A stretch of DNA of 64,000 nucleotides from an uncultured bacterium (GCA_963718575.1 OY970358.1:514172-578171), one strand, 5' to 3'. Positions 46,885 through 57,146 are shown, counted from the stretch's first letter. Numbers and translations: made by a program. The notes: generated by a model not told the origin, from the sequence alone.

Positions 46885-48231
46885 ATGCAACTCACTTTCT
46901 ACGGAGGCACGGGCGAGGCGACGGGTGCGAATTATATTTTGGAATCGGGCGGGGTGAAGATCATGATCGACTGCGGACTGCATCAGGGGAGCCATTATGC
47001 GGATCGCGAAAATTTCGATCCGTTCGCGTATGACCCGAAAAGCGTGTCGGCGGTGTTTATCACCCACTCGCACCTTGATCACATTGGCCGCTTGCCGAGC
47101 CTCGTGCTCGGCGGGTTCAAAGGCGCGATCTATTCCACGCACGCCACGCGCGACTTCGCGGAGCTGATGCTTGCCGACTCGGAGCATTTGCTTGCGGACG
47201 AAGCGAAGCGCGAGGCGCGGCCGCCGCTCTACCGCGACGATGATATCCCAAAAGTGACGGCGCTTTGGAAAGGACTGAAGTATCACGAATCGGTCACGGC
47301 CGGCCCGTTTAAAGTCGAATTGTACGACGCCGGGCATATCCTCGGCTCCGCGATCATCCACGTCGAGGCCGAAGGAAAGACGATCGTGTTCTCCGGCGAC
47401 CTGGGCAATGTGCCGTCGCCGCTCATCAAGCCGACGGAACAAATCGCGGCGGTGGATTATTGCCTGATCGAATCCACGTACGGCGATCGCGTCCACGAAG
47501 ATATCGGCCGCCGCCGCGAGATGTTGCAGGGCGCGATCGACGAGACGTTCAAGGCTGGCGGCGTGCTCATGATCCCGTCGTTCGCGATGGAGCGCACGCA
47601 GGACCTGCTTTTTCATTTCCATCAATTGCACGAAGAGGGGAGACTGCCGGATGAGCCGGTGTTCGTCGACAGCCCGCTCGCGATCAAGCTCACCGAGCTT
47701 TTTAAAAAACACGAGGACGCATTCAATGACACTGCGGAGAGCATCATGAAGGGCGGCGATGAGATATTAAGCTTCCCCAGCCTCAAATCCACGCTTACGA
47801 CGGACGAGTCGAAGGCGATCAATAATGTCCCCGCGCCAAAGATCATTATCGCCGGTTCCGGCATGTCGAACGGCGGGCGCATCTTACATCATGAGTTGCG
47901 TTATCTTCCCGACCCCAAGAGCGAGATCGTTTTTGTGGGCTATCAGGCCGAGAATTCGATGGGGCGTCAGTTGCTCGATGGCGCGAAAGAGGTGCATATC
48001 TTCGGCGAGGCGGTGCCGGTGCGATGCCGGAAGATCGACATTCCGGGATATTCCGCGCACGCGGACCAGCCACACCTGCTCGGCTGGCTGAGCTCCATGA
48101 AGGCTTCGTTGAAAAAAGTGTTCGTCGTGCAGGGGGAACAGACGTCGGCTGAAACGCTCGCGCACAAGATCATCGATGAATTTGGCGTTACTGCCGAAGT
48201 GCCGCACATGAACGAAAGTGTTACACTATAA
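46885..48231 (+). CDS. MBL-fold beta-CASP ribonuclease (RNase J / CPSF-like)
   Basis: Metallo-beta-lactamase motif HSHLDH, and downstream beta-CASP motifs (DAGHILGS, ESTYGD, H near C-term GYSAHAD). Confidence 0.8.
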   Translation: MQLTFYGGTGEATGANYILESGGVKIMIDCGLHQGSHYADRENFDPFAYDPKSVSAVFITHSHLDHIGRLPSLVLGGFKGAIYSTHATRDFAELMLADSEHLLADEAKREARPPLYRDDDIPKVTALWKGLKYHESVTAGPFKVELYDAGHILGSAIIHVEAEGKTIVFSGDLGNVPSPLIKPTEQIAAVDYCLIESTYGDRVHEDIGRRREMLQGAIDETFKAGGVLMIPSFAMERTQDLLFHFHQLHEEGRLPDEPVFVDSPLAIKLTELFKKHEDAFNDTAESIMKGGDEILSFPSLKSTLTTDESKAINNVPAPKIIIAGSGMSNGGRILHHELRYLPDPKSEIVFVGYQAENSMGRQLLDGAKEVHIFGEAVPVRCRKIDIPGYSAHADQPHLLGWLSSMKASLKKVFVVQGEQTSAETLAHKIIDEFGVTAEVPHMNESVTL

Positions 48232-48233
48232 CA

Positions 48234-48821
48234 ATGAAAAATAATCTGGACACGAAGTATCAGTTAAAATATAAAATTTGCGTTTCGGGTGCTGCGGTGA
48301 CGGAGGGTTCCCCGCCGGGAACATTGGAGAAAGCGGAAGAGATCGGCCGGCTTGTCGCCGAGCAGGGGATGGTGCTCGTGACGGGCGCGACCACCGGTAT
48401 TCCCTACTATGCGGCAAAAGGCGCGAAAGAAGCGGGAGGTATCGTGATCGGGCTTTCTCCCGCCGAGTCAAAAGCGGCACACGTGCGGACGTATCACCTG
48501 CCGCTCGATTACCACGACCTCATCATCTATACCGGGTTCGGTTATTCCGGCAGGAATTTATTGCTCACGCGCTCCGCGGATGCGGTGGTGACGGTGTATG
48601 GCCGCATCGGGACGCTGAATGAGTTTACGATCGCATTCGAAGATAAGAAGCCGCAGGGCGTGCTGACCGGCACCGGCGGCACGAGCGACGAACTCCAGCA
48701 TATTCTGGAGATCGCGCAACGCGGCAACGGCAAGGCGGTGTTCGATGCGGATCCGAAATCGCTTATTGAAAAGATCGTGACGCTGATCCATAAGGAAGAG
48801 GAAAAAAGAGAGATCGAATAA
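48234..48821 (+). CDS. LOG-family / TIGR00725-like Rossmann-fold protein
   Basis: ICVSGAA...LVTGATTGIPYYAAKGAKEAGGIVIGLSP...IIYTGFGYSGRNLLLTRSADAVVTVYGRIGTLNE pattern of the LOG/DprA-like (TIGR00725) family. Confidence 0.65.
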   Translation: MKNNLDTKYQLKYKICVSGAAVTEGSPPGTLEKAEEIGRLVAEQGMVLVTGATTGIPYYAAKGAKEAGGIVIGLSPAESKAAHVRTYHLPLDYHDLIIYTGFGYSGRNLLLTRSADAVVTVYGRIGTLNEFTIAFEDKKPQGVLTGTGGTSDELQHILEIAQRGNGKAVFDADPKSLIEKIVTLIHKEEEKREIE

Positions 48822-48833
48822 GGCACGGAGAGC

Positions 48834-49955
48834 ATGGCAAACAGATCGTTCACTGTTATGGCGGTCGTTGCCGCCGCGACGATCGGCGAAGGCGTGTTCG
48901 CACTGCCGTACGTCATCCAGACGTCCGGATGGCTGCTCACGCTGTGCTACTTCATTGCGCTCATCGCCGTCGTTTCTATGGCGCACCTTATCTATATGCG
49001 GACGCTTGCTGCAGTGAATGAAAAAGAGCGTCTGCTCGCGCTCGCGCGGCGGCACTTCGGCCCGGCGGGATTCTGGATCGGATTTTTCGCGATCGTGGTC
49101 GGCCTTCTTCTTGGATTCGTTGCGTATCTTGTCCTCGGCACGGAATTTCTCGGGATCATATTCCCTGGCATCCCGACGGGTGCTGCGCTCGGGATCTTCT
49201 GGTTATTGCTCGCGTGCCTTGTCTGGGGAAGCGAGGGGGCGATCGCCTGGCTTGAGGTGGTGGGCGTCGCGCTCATCTCCGCCGCGATCCTTTTTATTTT
49301 TTTCTCCGGCCGGGGCATTCCCGCGCTCGCGGGCGTGCCGTTCGCGGTGCCGCAGGATTTTTTTCTTCCTTTCGGCGCCGTGCTGTTTTCTCTTGCGGGA
49401 TGGACGAGCGTTGAACAGGTCTACGAACTCGTTCGCGGCAGAGGAACCAACGGCGGTTTGCCGATCCTGAAAACATTCTTTGTGTTTATGATCGGCACCG
49501 CATTCGCGGCACTCCTCTATTGGCTGTTCGCCATCGGGGTGATCAGCACGACGCCGCATGTTGCGACCGACACGGTTTCCGGGATCGCGGCGTGGCCGTC
49601 GTGGCGGCGCGACATTCTTGCGCTCGTCGGCATCTTGTCCGTCGCCGTCGTGTCCCTGCCGATCGCGCGCGAGATCCGCAATGCGATGGAGAAGGATCTC
49701 GCGTGGAACCCCTTCGTTTCGCGGGCGATCATCATTGTCTTTCCGATTGTCGTCGTGCTGTCGGGATTTAATGATTTTTTATTGATCGTGAGCGTCGCCG
49801 GCGGCGTGTTCCTCAGCACGCAATATCTTTTGATCATCGCAGTGGGCCGGCGGACGCTTGCGCTTTCGCTCCGCGAGAAAGTGCTGCTCGATATCATCTC
49901 GATCGTCTTCATCTCTGCGGTGATTTACTCCATCTATATGTTCGTAGTAAGATAG
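48834..49955 (+). CDS. amino acid permease, aromatic/hydroxy amino acid (HAAAP, Trp/Tyr-permease-like) family
   Basis: About 11 TM helices. N-terminal AATIGEGVFALPY motif typical of the TnaB/Mtr/TyrP family. Confidence 0.7.
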   Translation: MANRSFTVMAVVAAATIGEGVFALPYVIQTSGWLLTLCYFIALIAVVSMAHLIYMRTLAAVNEKERLLALARRHFGPAGFWIGFFAIVVGLLLGFVAYLVLGTEFLGIIFPGIPTGAALGIFWLLLACLVWGSEGAIAWLEVVGVALISAAILFIFFSGRGIPALAGVPFAVPQDFFLPFGAVLFSLAGWTSVEQVYELVRGRGTNGGLPILKTFFVFMIGTAFAALLYWLFAIGVISTTPHVATDTVSGIAAWPSWRRDILALVGILSVAVVSLPIAREIRNAMEKDLAWNPFVSRAIIIVFPIVVVLSGFNDFLLIVSVAGGVFLSTQYLLIIAVGRRTLALSLREKVLLDIISIVFISAVIYSIYMFVVR

Positions 49956-49984
49956 GGCTGTGCTTATCGCAGGACAACAGCCGC

Positions 49985-50056
49985 GCTCTCGTAGTTTAAT
50001 GGATAGAATATCTCCCTCCGAAGGAGGTGGTACAGGTTCGATTCCTGTCGAGAGCA
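49985..50056 (+). tRNA. tRNA-Arg (anticodon CCG)
   Basis: Manual fold: acceptor gctctcg/cgagagc (7 bp), D-loop with GG, anticodon stem tctcc/ggagg with loop cTCCGaa, T-stem acagg/cctgt with T-loop ttcgatt, discriminator A. Coordinates accurate to a few nt. Confidence 0.8.
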
Positions 50057-50275
50057 CAACGCAGTGAGACCAGACCGAGCAGGTAAATGCTACGTTTTTT
50101 GACGCACGTCAAACCGACCCCGCGTGGAAATCGAACTCGCAACAGTTTTTTGGGCACCCCGGTAGTGCGATCGAGCGAGTTTGGCTCCCGTAAGACAAGA
50201 TATGAGTTTTGATAGGTAGTTGGTTGAGGAAAGGTAGTTAAACTCTTTAAGAGAAAATAATCATATAATGGATAT

Positions 50276-52753
50276 ATGACAACTTCGACGAAATTTAAAT
50301 CCGGCGCGGAGAACGATTTGAAGTCCTTGCCCCTCGAAGACGTGGAGAACAAATTAGCATCTTCGCCGGACGGTCTTACCCAAATGGAGGCGGAAAAGCG
50401 CCTTGCTCAATACGGGCCGAATGAGCTTCAGGAGAAGAAAGCCAATCCGTTTCTGAAATTTCTGACATATTTTTGGGGACCCATTCCGTGGATGATCGAA
50501 GTTGCGATGGTCCTTTCGGGGATCGTCAGAAACTGGCTCGACTTTTTCATGATCCTTTTCCTTCTTTGCTCCAACGCCCTGGTCGGATTTTGGGAAGAAC
50601 ATCAGGCGGGCAACGCCATTGCCGCGCTGAAAGCAAAACTTGCGATCGGCGCTTCGATAAAACGCGACGGAAAGTGGATCACGGCGGTGGCGCGCACGCT
50701 CGTGCCGGGCGATGTTATCCGTTTGCATTTGGGAGATATTATTCCCGCGGATACGCGCTTACTGGCTGGCAATCCCATAGAAGTGGATCAATCGGCGCTC
50801 ACCGGGGAGTCGTTGCTCGTCGAGTGTAAATCCGGCGATGCGGTATTTTCCGGATCGATCGTTCGCAAAGGGGAGATCGACGGGCTTGTGTATGGTACGG
50901 GTATGGACACGTACTTCGGGAAGACCGCGCAATTGGTGCAGGAGGCGCATACCGTGAGTCATTTCCAACGCGCCGTGCTCAAGATCGGCAATTATCTAAT
51001 CGTCCTTGCGGCGGTGCTTGTTGCGATCATTGTTATTGTCGCTATTTTTCGTGGCGATCCGATTCTTAGTACGTTGGCGTTCGCATTGGTGCTTCTCGTG
51101 GCCGCGATCCCCGTGGCGATGCCCACGGTGCTGTCCGTGACCATGGCGGTTGGCGCAAAATTACTCGCAAAAAAAGAGGCTATCGTGACCCGATTGTCTT
51201 CTATCGAAGAGCTGGCGGGTATGGACGTTCTCTGTTCGGACAAGACAGGCACTCTTACGCAGAATAAATTGAAGTTGGGAGATCCGTTCTGCATAAAAGA
51301 TATTTCCGCCGACCAGGTCATTCTTTGCGGTGCGCTTGCCACGCCAGTGGATAAAAAAGATGCCATCGATACGGCGGTGATCGATGGTCTTAAAAAAGAT
51401 CAATCGAACGGCTATCAATTGATCCACTTTGTGCCGTTCGATGCAGTGAACAAGCGTACCGAAGCGACCATCAAGAGTCCCGATGGAAAAGAATTTTACG
51501 TTGCGATGGGGGCGTCGCAGGTGATTCTCGAAATGGCAACCAACGCCAGTGATATTAAGAACGATGTCGAAAAAGCGGTAAATGATTTCGCCGCGCGCGG
51601 TTTTCGCTCGCTCGGCGTTGCCCGGGCCGATGAGGAAGGCAAATGGAAATTTATCGGCATCTTGCCGCTATTTGACCCGCCGCGTGCCGAAGCAAAGGAT
51701 ACTATCGCGAATGCCGTGCAGATGGGAGTGAGTGTCAAGATGATCACCGGCGACCATATGGCGATTGCGCAAGAAACAGCCAAGCAGTTGGGCATGGGCG
51801 CGAACATTCTTGACGCGACCAACTTGGGCGGTTCAAAAATGCCTCCGACGAAAGAGATCGCGGAGTCCATTGAAAAAGCGGACGGCTTTGCGCAGGTATT
51901 TCCGGAGCAAAAATTTACTATCGTGAAAACCCTCCAAAAGGCCGGCCATATCGTCGGTATGACGGGAGATGGCGTGAATGATGCTCCGGCGCTGAAGGTT
52001 GCCGATTGCGGCATCGCCGTTTCCGGGGCTACGGATGCTGCTCGCGCGGCGGCATCGCTCGTGCTGCTCGCGCCCGGCCTCTCAGTGATCATCGATGCGA
52101 TCAAAGAAAGCCGCCGCATCTTCCAGCGGATGAACAGCTACGCGATCTATCGCATCACGGAGACTTTGCGCGTGCTCTTCTTTATGACGCTCGCGATCCT
52201 CGTGTTCAATTTTTATCCGGTGACCGCGGTAATGATCGTGATCATTGCGGTGTTGAATGACGGAGCGATACTTTCTATCGCGTATGATAATGTTCAATTT
52301 AAAGAGGAGCCTGAGAAGTGGAATATGTCTATGGTACTCACCATCTCTACGGTGCTTGGTGTGGCGGGGGTGGTGGCAACATTCGGGTTATTTTATCTTG
52401 CCGAGCGTGTGTTCCACATCGATCAGGCCCAAGCGCAGACCATGATGTACCTAAAATTATCCGTAGCTGGGCATTTAACTATTTTTCTCACCCGCACACG
52501 CAAGTCATTCAGGTCAACGCGTCCGGCGCGGATTTTATTGTTGGCGGTATTCGGCACTCAGACCATCGCGACCCTAATCGCGGTGTACGGGTTGTTCATG
52601 GCGCCGCTTGGCTGGGGGTGGGCGTTGTTCGTCTGGGCTTACGCGCTCGTGTGGTTCCTTTTGAATGATCAGGCGAAGCTTCTTGCCTATCGGATTTTTG
52701 ATTGGTTTGGAGCGAAAACGCTGGCCCCGCAGGTGATTTCACAGAAGGTTTGA
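50276..52753 (+). CDS. P-type cation-transporting ATPase, plasma-membrane H+-ATPase-like (P3A-type)
   Basis: DKTGTLT phosphorylation motif, TGES actuator motif, GDGVNDAPAL hinge, and 10 TM helices. N-terminal region and overall architecture resemble P3A proton pumps. Specificity is inferred. Confidence 0.88.
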   Translation: MTTSTKFKSGAENDLKSLPLEDVENKLASSPDGLTQMEAEKRLAQYGPNELQEKKANPFLKFLTYFWGPIPWMIEVAMVLSGIVRNWLDFFMILFLLCSNALVGFWEEHQAGNAIAALKAKLAIGASIKRDGKWITAVARTLVPGDVIRLHLGDIIPADTRLLAGNPIEVDQSALTGESLLVECKSGDAVFSGSIVRKGEIDGLVYGTGMDTYFGKTAQLVQEAHTVSHFQRAVLKIGNYLIVLAAVLVAIIVIVAIFRGDPILSTLAFALVLLVAAIPVAMPTVLSVTMAVGAKLLAKKEAIVTRLSSIEELAGMDVLCSDKTGTLTQNKLKLGDPFCIKDISADQVILCGALATPVDKKDAIDTAVIDGLKKDQSNGYQLIHFVPFDAVNKRTEATIKSPDGKEFYVAMGASQVILEMATNASDIKNDVEKAVNDFAARGFRSLGVARADEEGKWKFIGILPLFDPPRAEAKDTIANAVQMGVSVKMITGDHMAIAQETAKQLGMGANILDATNLGGSKMPPTKEIAESIEKADGFAQVFPEQKFTIVKTLQKAGHIVGMTGDGVNDAPALKVADCGIAVSGATDAARAAASLVLLAPGLSVIIDAIKESRRIFQRMNSYAIYRITETLRVLFFMTLAILVFNFYPVTAVMIVIIAVLNDGAILSIAYDNVQFKEEPEKWNMSMVLTISTVLGVAGVVATFGLFYLAERVFHIDQAQAQTMMYLKLSVAGHLTIFLTRTRKSFRSTRPARILLLAVFGTQTIATLIAVYGLFMAPLGWGWALFVWAYALVWFLLNDQAKLLAYRIFDWFGAKTLAPQVISQKV

Positions 52754-52829
52754 TCGGCCGATTATAGGGAAAGCAGGAATAACTTAAAAAGTAGCGATTC
52801 AATATTATTGATTGCGGTATAATTTTCTC

Positions 52830-53471
52830 ATGGATAAACTCGCCGAATTAAAGAACATAGAAGCGGAGATGGCGGCGAATGTGTCGCTCCCGTTGCGCGA
52901 TACGGCGAACCTTGTTTTCGGCGAGGGAAATGTTGATTGCAAGGTGATGTTCATCGGCGAGGCGCCGGGCGTGAACGAGGATCGCCTGCGCCGGCCGTTC
53001 GTCGGTCGCGGCGGGCAACTGCTCGACGACATGATCCGCGGGCTTGGGTGGAAGCGCGAGGATGTCTATATCACGAATATCGTCAAGCGCCGGCCGCCGG
53101 AAAATCGCGACCCGTTACCCGCGGAGATCGAGGCGTACAAGCCGTACCTCACGCGGCAGATCGAGGTGATCGATCCGAAGCTGATCGTCACGCTCGGCCG
53201 CTTTTCGATGAACTATTTTTTGCCGTTCGCGAAGATCACGCACGACCACGGCCGGCCGTTGCTCGTCGACGGTCGGACGATCTTTCCAGTCTATCATCCC
53301 GCGGCGGCATTGCGCTCCACGCAGATGATGGAGACACTGCGCGGCGATTTCAAAAAGATCCCGAGCGTGCTCTCCGGCGAGTTCGGCGTGGTGGATCTGC
53401 CCCCGGCGTTTGCGGAGCCAAAGGCGGCGAGCGTTAAAAAGGAAAACCCCCGACAAGCAGGCCTTTTTTAA
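52830..53471 (+). CDS. uracil-DNA glycosylase, family 4
   Basis: Motif A GEAPG.NE...G.PFVGRGGQLL and motif B HPAAALR region characteristic of family-4 UDG. Confidence 0.85.
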   Translation: MDKLAELKNIEAEMAANVSLPLRDTANLVFGEGNVDCKVMFIGEAPGVNEDRLRRPFVGRGGQLLDDMIRGLGWKREDVYITNIVKRRPPENRDPLPAEIEAYKPYLTRQIEVIDPKLIVTLGRFSMNYFLPFAKITHDHGRPLLVDGRTIFPVYHPAAALRSTQMMETLRGDFKKIPSVLSGEFGVVDLPPAFAEPKAASVKKENPRQAGLF

Positions 53472-53507
53472 CGCCATACCGCGGCCATTTAGTGTTATTA
53501 TTATGGT

Positions 53508-53855
53508 ATGGATTTTTCGGTCGTCTATCTGATCCGGCGGTTTTTCTACCGGTTTTTGGATTTTTTTCATCATTGGTATATCGACGGCTCGCGCGCGTTC
53601 GGGCGGCGTTTTATGGCGACGCTCACGGCGGCGGATCAGTCGTTTGCGGTCGCGATAACCCTGCGCCATTTTTTTGAGCCGCTCTATAAGGATTACAGCA
53701 TGATCGGCAGGATCCTCGGGATTTTTTTCCGGACGGTGCGCGTCGTGATCGGCGGCGCATGCTATCTTGTCCTCGCGGCGGCGTTTGCCCTTGCATACCT
53801 TGTCTGGCTCGCCATCCCGGCCGTTATATTTTTCTATGCCGCAAAAAATATCTAA
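53508..53855 (+). CDS. small hypothetical membrane protein
   Basis: 115 aa, two hydrophobic segments. Overlaps the probable start of the downstream ClpB-like gene. Low confidence. Confidence 0.3.
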   Translation: MDFSVVYLIRRFFYRFLDFFHHWYIDGSRAFGRRFMATLTAADQSFAVAITLRHFFEPLYKDYSMIGRILGIFFRTVRVVIGGACYLVLAAAFALAYLVWLAIPAVIFFYAAKNI

Positions 53856-56379
53856 GTACGAATTTTATTTCAACGACTCGCGCCTGCGCATGACGATCGC
53901 GGGCAGGGCGTTGGTGCGCATTGTGAGCTATGTTTCCTATCTCGTGCTTTTCGTCGCGACATTCATGTTTTTATTGTCGGACGTAAAGCCGCTTTTCTTT
54001 GTCGGGCTATTTCTCTTTCTTGTGGTGATCGATCTTTTTGTCCATCGTAACGAAGGGGATACGCCGATCTCGGAGCTGTCGCCGGAAACGCACGGTGGAC
54101 GAGTGAACCTTGCGGAGGTGATGAACGGTCCTGCATTTGGCATCATTGAGCGTGCGGCGGATCGTAGTGCTATCACAAAAAAGAGCCTTCTCCTCGAGCT
54201 CACGCATCGCCTTTTTGAACTCCCGCAGATCGAGGACGGACTCCGGCGGCTGGATATAAAGCCGGAGGAATTCAAAGCGAAGCTCGAAACGTTGATGGCG
54301 GAGCCGGCGGCGAAGGGCGCCGCCGCGGGCCCGCCCGCCGTGCCGATAAATCCCCAAATGATCGTTGAGCCGCTCGCCGTGCATGCGTTCGCCTCTGCGG
54401 TGAGCGCCGGCCACGAATTCATCACGCCCGCCGACCTTTTCTCGGCGCTCCCGGCGATGGGCGATGAGGCGCTCGACCGGCTGTTCTCGCTCTTTAATAT
54501 AGAGGAGGGGGATCTTGAGCGCGCGCTCATCTTCAGCGCGCTCGCCGGACATCGCGGATTCTTTGCGCGGCTGCCGTCGGCGCTCGGCGGCTTCGCGCCG
54601 GTGACGTACCATGTGCGCGAGCATCGCATCATGAACCGCGCGTGGACGTCGCGCCCGACGCCGACGCTCGACAAGTACGGCATCGACTTCACCGACATGG
54701 CGCGGGATCGTGAAGTGGGATTCCTGATCGGGCACGAGGCGGAGTATGATCGGCTCGTGGAGACGCTCGCGCGTCCCACGAATCCGAATGCGTTGCTGAT
54801 CGGCGAGGCGGGGATCGGCAAGGAGACGATCATCCAGCACCTGGCATTCTGTTTGACGAAGGACGACGTGCCGAACGGGCTTTTCGACCGGCGGCTCGTG
54901 GGATTGCAGCTACAGAGCCTGATCGCCGGCGCGCCGCCGGAAGAGCTCGATGCGCGCATGAAGACGATCGTCGAGGAAATTTTCATGGCGGGAAACATCA
55001 TCCTCTACATTCCCGATATCCATAACCTTGTGCGCACATCGGGCGGCGCATATCTTTCCGCGGCGGATGCCCTGATGCCGGTCATCATGGCGAATCAGTT
55101 CCCGATCGTCGGCACGTCGTATCCAAAGGAATTCAAGCAGTTCATCGAGCCGCGCAGCGACTTCGCCGGCATGTTCGAATCGATCACGGTGAGCGAGATC
55201 TCGGAGGCGGATGCGGAAAAATTATTGACGTACGAAAGCTTTTTACTTGAACGAGCTTCACGGATCGAAGTGAGCTTTGGCGCCATCAAGCGTGCGGTCG
55301 TGTTGGCAAAAAAGTACTTGCGGGGCAAATATCTTCCGTCGAGCGCTGAGGATCTGTTGAAGAGCGCGATGGTGGATGCTGAGCGCCGCGGCGAGAAAAC
55401 GGTGACGCCGGATCGCGTGATGGCGGTGGCCGAAGAAAAGGTGAACATCCCGATGCACGAGGCGGAGGGCGACGAGGCGGCGAAATTATTGAACATGGAG
55501 GCGTTGATCCACGAGCGCGTCATCGGGCAGGACGAGGCGGTGAAGGCGGTCTCACAAGCGCTCCGCGAATATCGCAGCGGGCTTACGCGCAAAGGCGGCC
55601 CGATCGCGAGCTTCCTCTTTGTCGGTCCTACCGGTGTTGGAAAAACCGAGCTCGCGAAGGTATTGGCGGAGATCCAGTTCGGCTCGCAAAAAATGATGGT
55701 GCGATTCGACATGACGGAGTATCAGGACAAGACGAGCTTCTTCCGCTTCATCGGATCGCCTGACGGCACCGTGCGCGGCGCGCTCACTGACGCGGTGTTG
55801 GAAAAGCCCTACAGCCTGGTGCTGCTCGATGAATTCGAAAAGGCATATCCCGATATTTTGAATCTATTCCTGCAGGTGTTGGACGACGGGCGGCTCACCG
55901 ACAACATGGGCCGCGTGGTGGATTTTACGAACACGATCATCATCGCAACATCGAACGCGCATTCGGACATCATCAATGAGGCGCTCGCGAAGGGCGAGTC
56001 GATGGCGGATATCGCGGAATATTTAAAGGCGCGGCTGGTGGATGTGCTGAAACCGGAGCTGCTCAATCGCTTCTCAAAGATAATCGTGTTCAAGGACCTG
56101 GAGATGGACGAGTTGCCTCAGATCGTAAAGATCAATCTGAACGATCTTTGTTCCATCGCGAAGACCCAAGGGATCACGCTTTCATTCAGCGCCGAGGCGA
56201 TCGCGAAGATCGCCAAGCTCGGCTATAATCCGGCGTTCGGCGCGCGGCCGCTCCGGCGCGTGATCGACGAACACATCCGCGCGCCGCTCTCCGAAGCCCT
56301 GCTTGCGAAGAAGATCGCAAAGGGCGCGCGGGTCACCTGCGGCGTTAACGATGATGCATTCGAATTCGTGAACCAGTAG
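53836..56379 (+). CDS. ClpA/ClpB-family AAA+ ATPase with N-terminal two-TM anchor and degenerate first Walker A
   Basis: Second AAA module canonical (FVGPTGVGKTELAK, Walker B VLLDEFEKA, sensor 2). First module has GEAGIGKE (Lys-Glu instead of Lys-Thr/Ser). N-terminal ~70 aa contain two hydrophobic helices. Start placed at the internal Met MPQKISKY of track ORF 53767-56379. Confidence 0.75.
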   Translation: MPQKISKYEFYFNDSRLRMTIAGRALVRIVSYVSYLVLFVATFMFLLSDVKPLFFVGLFLFLVVIDLFVHRNEGDTPISELSPETHGGRVNLAEVMNGPAFGIIERAADRSAITKKSLLLELTHRLFELPQIEDGLRRLDIKPEEFKAKLETLMAEPAAKGAAAGPPAVPINPQMIVEPLAVHAFASAVSAGHEFITPADLFSALPAMGDEALDRLFSLFNIEEGDLERALIFSALAGHRGFFARLPSALGGFAPVTYHVREHRIMNRAWTSRPTPTLDKYGIDFTDMARDREVGFLIGHEAEYDRLVETLARPTNPNALLIGEAGIGKETIIQHLAFCLTKDDVPNGLFDRRLVGLQLQSLIAGAPPEELDARMKTIVEEIFMAGNIILYIPDIHNLVRTSGGAYLSAADALMPVIMANQFPIVGTSYPKEFKQFIEPRSDFAGMFESITVSEISEADAEKLLTYESFLLERASRIEVSFGAIKRAVVLAKKYLRGKYLPSSAEDLLKSAMVDAERRGEKTVTPDRVMAVAEEKVNIPMHEAEGDEAAKLLNMEALIHERVIGQDEAVKAVSQALREYRSGLTRKGGPIASFLFVGPTGVGKTELAKVLAEIQFGSQKMMVRFDMTEYQDKTSFFRFIGSPDGTVRGALTDAVLEKPYSLVLLDEFEKAYPDILNLFLQVLDDGRLTDNMGRVVDFTNTIIIATSNAHSDIINEALAKGESMADIAEYLKARLVDVLKPELLNRFSKIIVFKDLEMDELPQIVKINLNDLCSIAKTQGITLSFSAEAIAKIAKLGYNPAFGARPLRRVIDEHIRAPLSEALLAKKIAKGARVTCGVNDDAFEFVNQ

Positions 56380-56406
56380 CGAAATCAGTATAATAAAAAA
56401 ATACGC

Positions 56407-57084
56407 ATGCGCATCAAAGTAAACATCAATATCAAGGTCGGGCGGCTCGTAAAATATTTCGTAATCTCCGATTTTTTCCTGCTCGCCGGATGGGGCTTGA
56501 TCGATCCGGTGTTCTCGGTATTCATCATCCAGCGGGTGGTCGGCGGGACGCTCCTTACGGTCGGCATCGCTGCCGCGATCTATTGGATCCTCCGTTCGAT
56601 TCTGCAGATCCCCATCGCAAAACAGCTTGATGATATCCCCGGTGAGCACGATGATTTTATGGCGCTCATCGGCGGCCTCATGCTTATCGGCATCTCCGCG
56701 ATCGCGATGTGCTGGGTCACTCAGGTGTGGGAGCTCTATGCGATCCACGGGGTTCAAGCCGTTGCCTTTGCGCTCTACTATGCGTCGTGGCCGACGATCT
56801 TCTCGCGCCACTTGGACAAGGACAGTATCGCGCTCGACTGGTCGCTTGATTCGGCGGTCTCCGGCATCGGCGCCGGCGTCACCGGATTCCTCGGCGGCGT
56901 CATTGCCGGAACGCTCGGCTACGACGTGGTCTTTGTCTCCGCCGGTATTCTCGCGTTCATCGCCGCGTTCGTTCTCCTTGCCGTGCCGGATCTTATTCTG
57001 CCAAAGCCCGTTGCTATCACAAAAGCCGCCATCGTCGCCGCCGAAGAGGCGACCGAGCACAAGCCGGGAGGTACGGCTGCGTAA
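56407..57084 (+). CDS. six-TM MFS-like membrane protein (half-size)
   Basis: 225 aa with six hydrophobic helices resembling one MFS repeat. No room for a second half upstream. Confidence 0.45.
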   Translation: MRIKVNINIKVGRLVKYFVISDFFLLAGWGLIDPVFSVFIIQRVVGGTLLTVGIAAAIYWILRSILQIPIAKQLDDIPGEHDDFMALIGGLMLIGISAIAMCWVTQVWELYAIHGVQAVAFALYYASWPTIFSRHLDKDSIALDWSLDSAVSGIGAGVTGFLGGVIAGTLGYDVVFVSAGILAFIAAFVLLAVPDLILPKPVAITKAAIVAAEEATEHKPGGTAA

Positions 57085-57126
57085 AAAAAGAAAAAGGCGG
57101 ACTTCGGTGAGAAGTCCGCCTTTTGA
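57083..57126. terminator. bidirectional Rho-independent terminator (ggcggacttc ggtgag gaagtccgcc, A-run upstream, T-run downstream)
   Basis: Seen in sequence between convergent genes. Confidence 0.65.
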
Positions 57127-57146
57127 TCGGCGCCGGGGGAAGATCC

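Noticed and set aside
50057-50275. Possible Mg (M-box) or other riboswitch in the leader of the P-type ATPase
   Set aside because: Only a short ggctcc-like match. I cannot reproduce the M-box helices by eye, so it is left as an unclassified leader.
53937-55001. 354-aa and 277-aa ORFs antisense to the ClpB-like gene
   Set aside because: Ser/Arg-rich low-complexity translation. The sense-strand gene is well supported.
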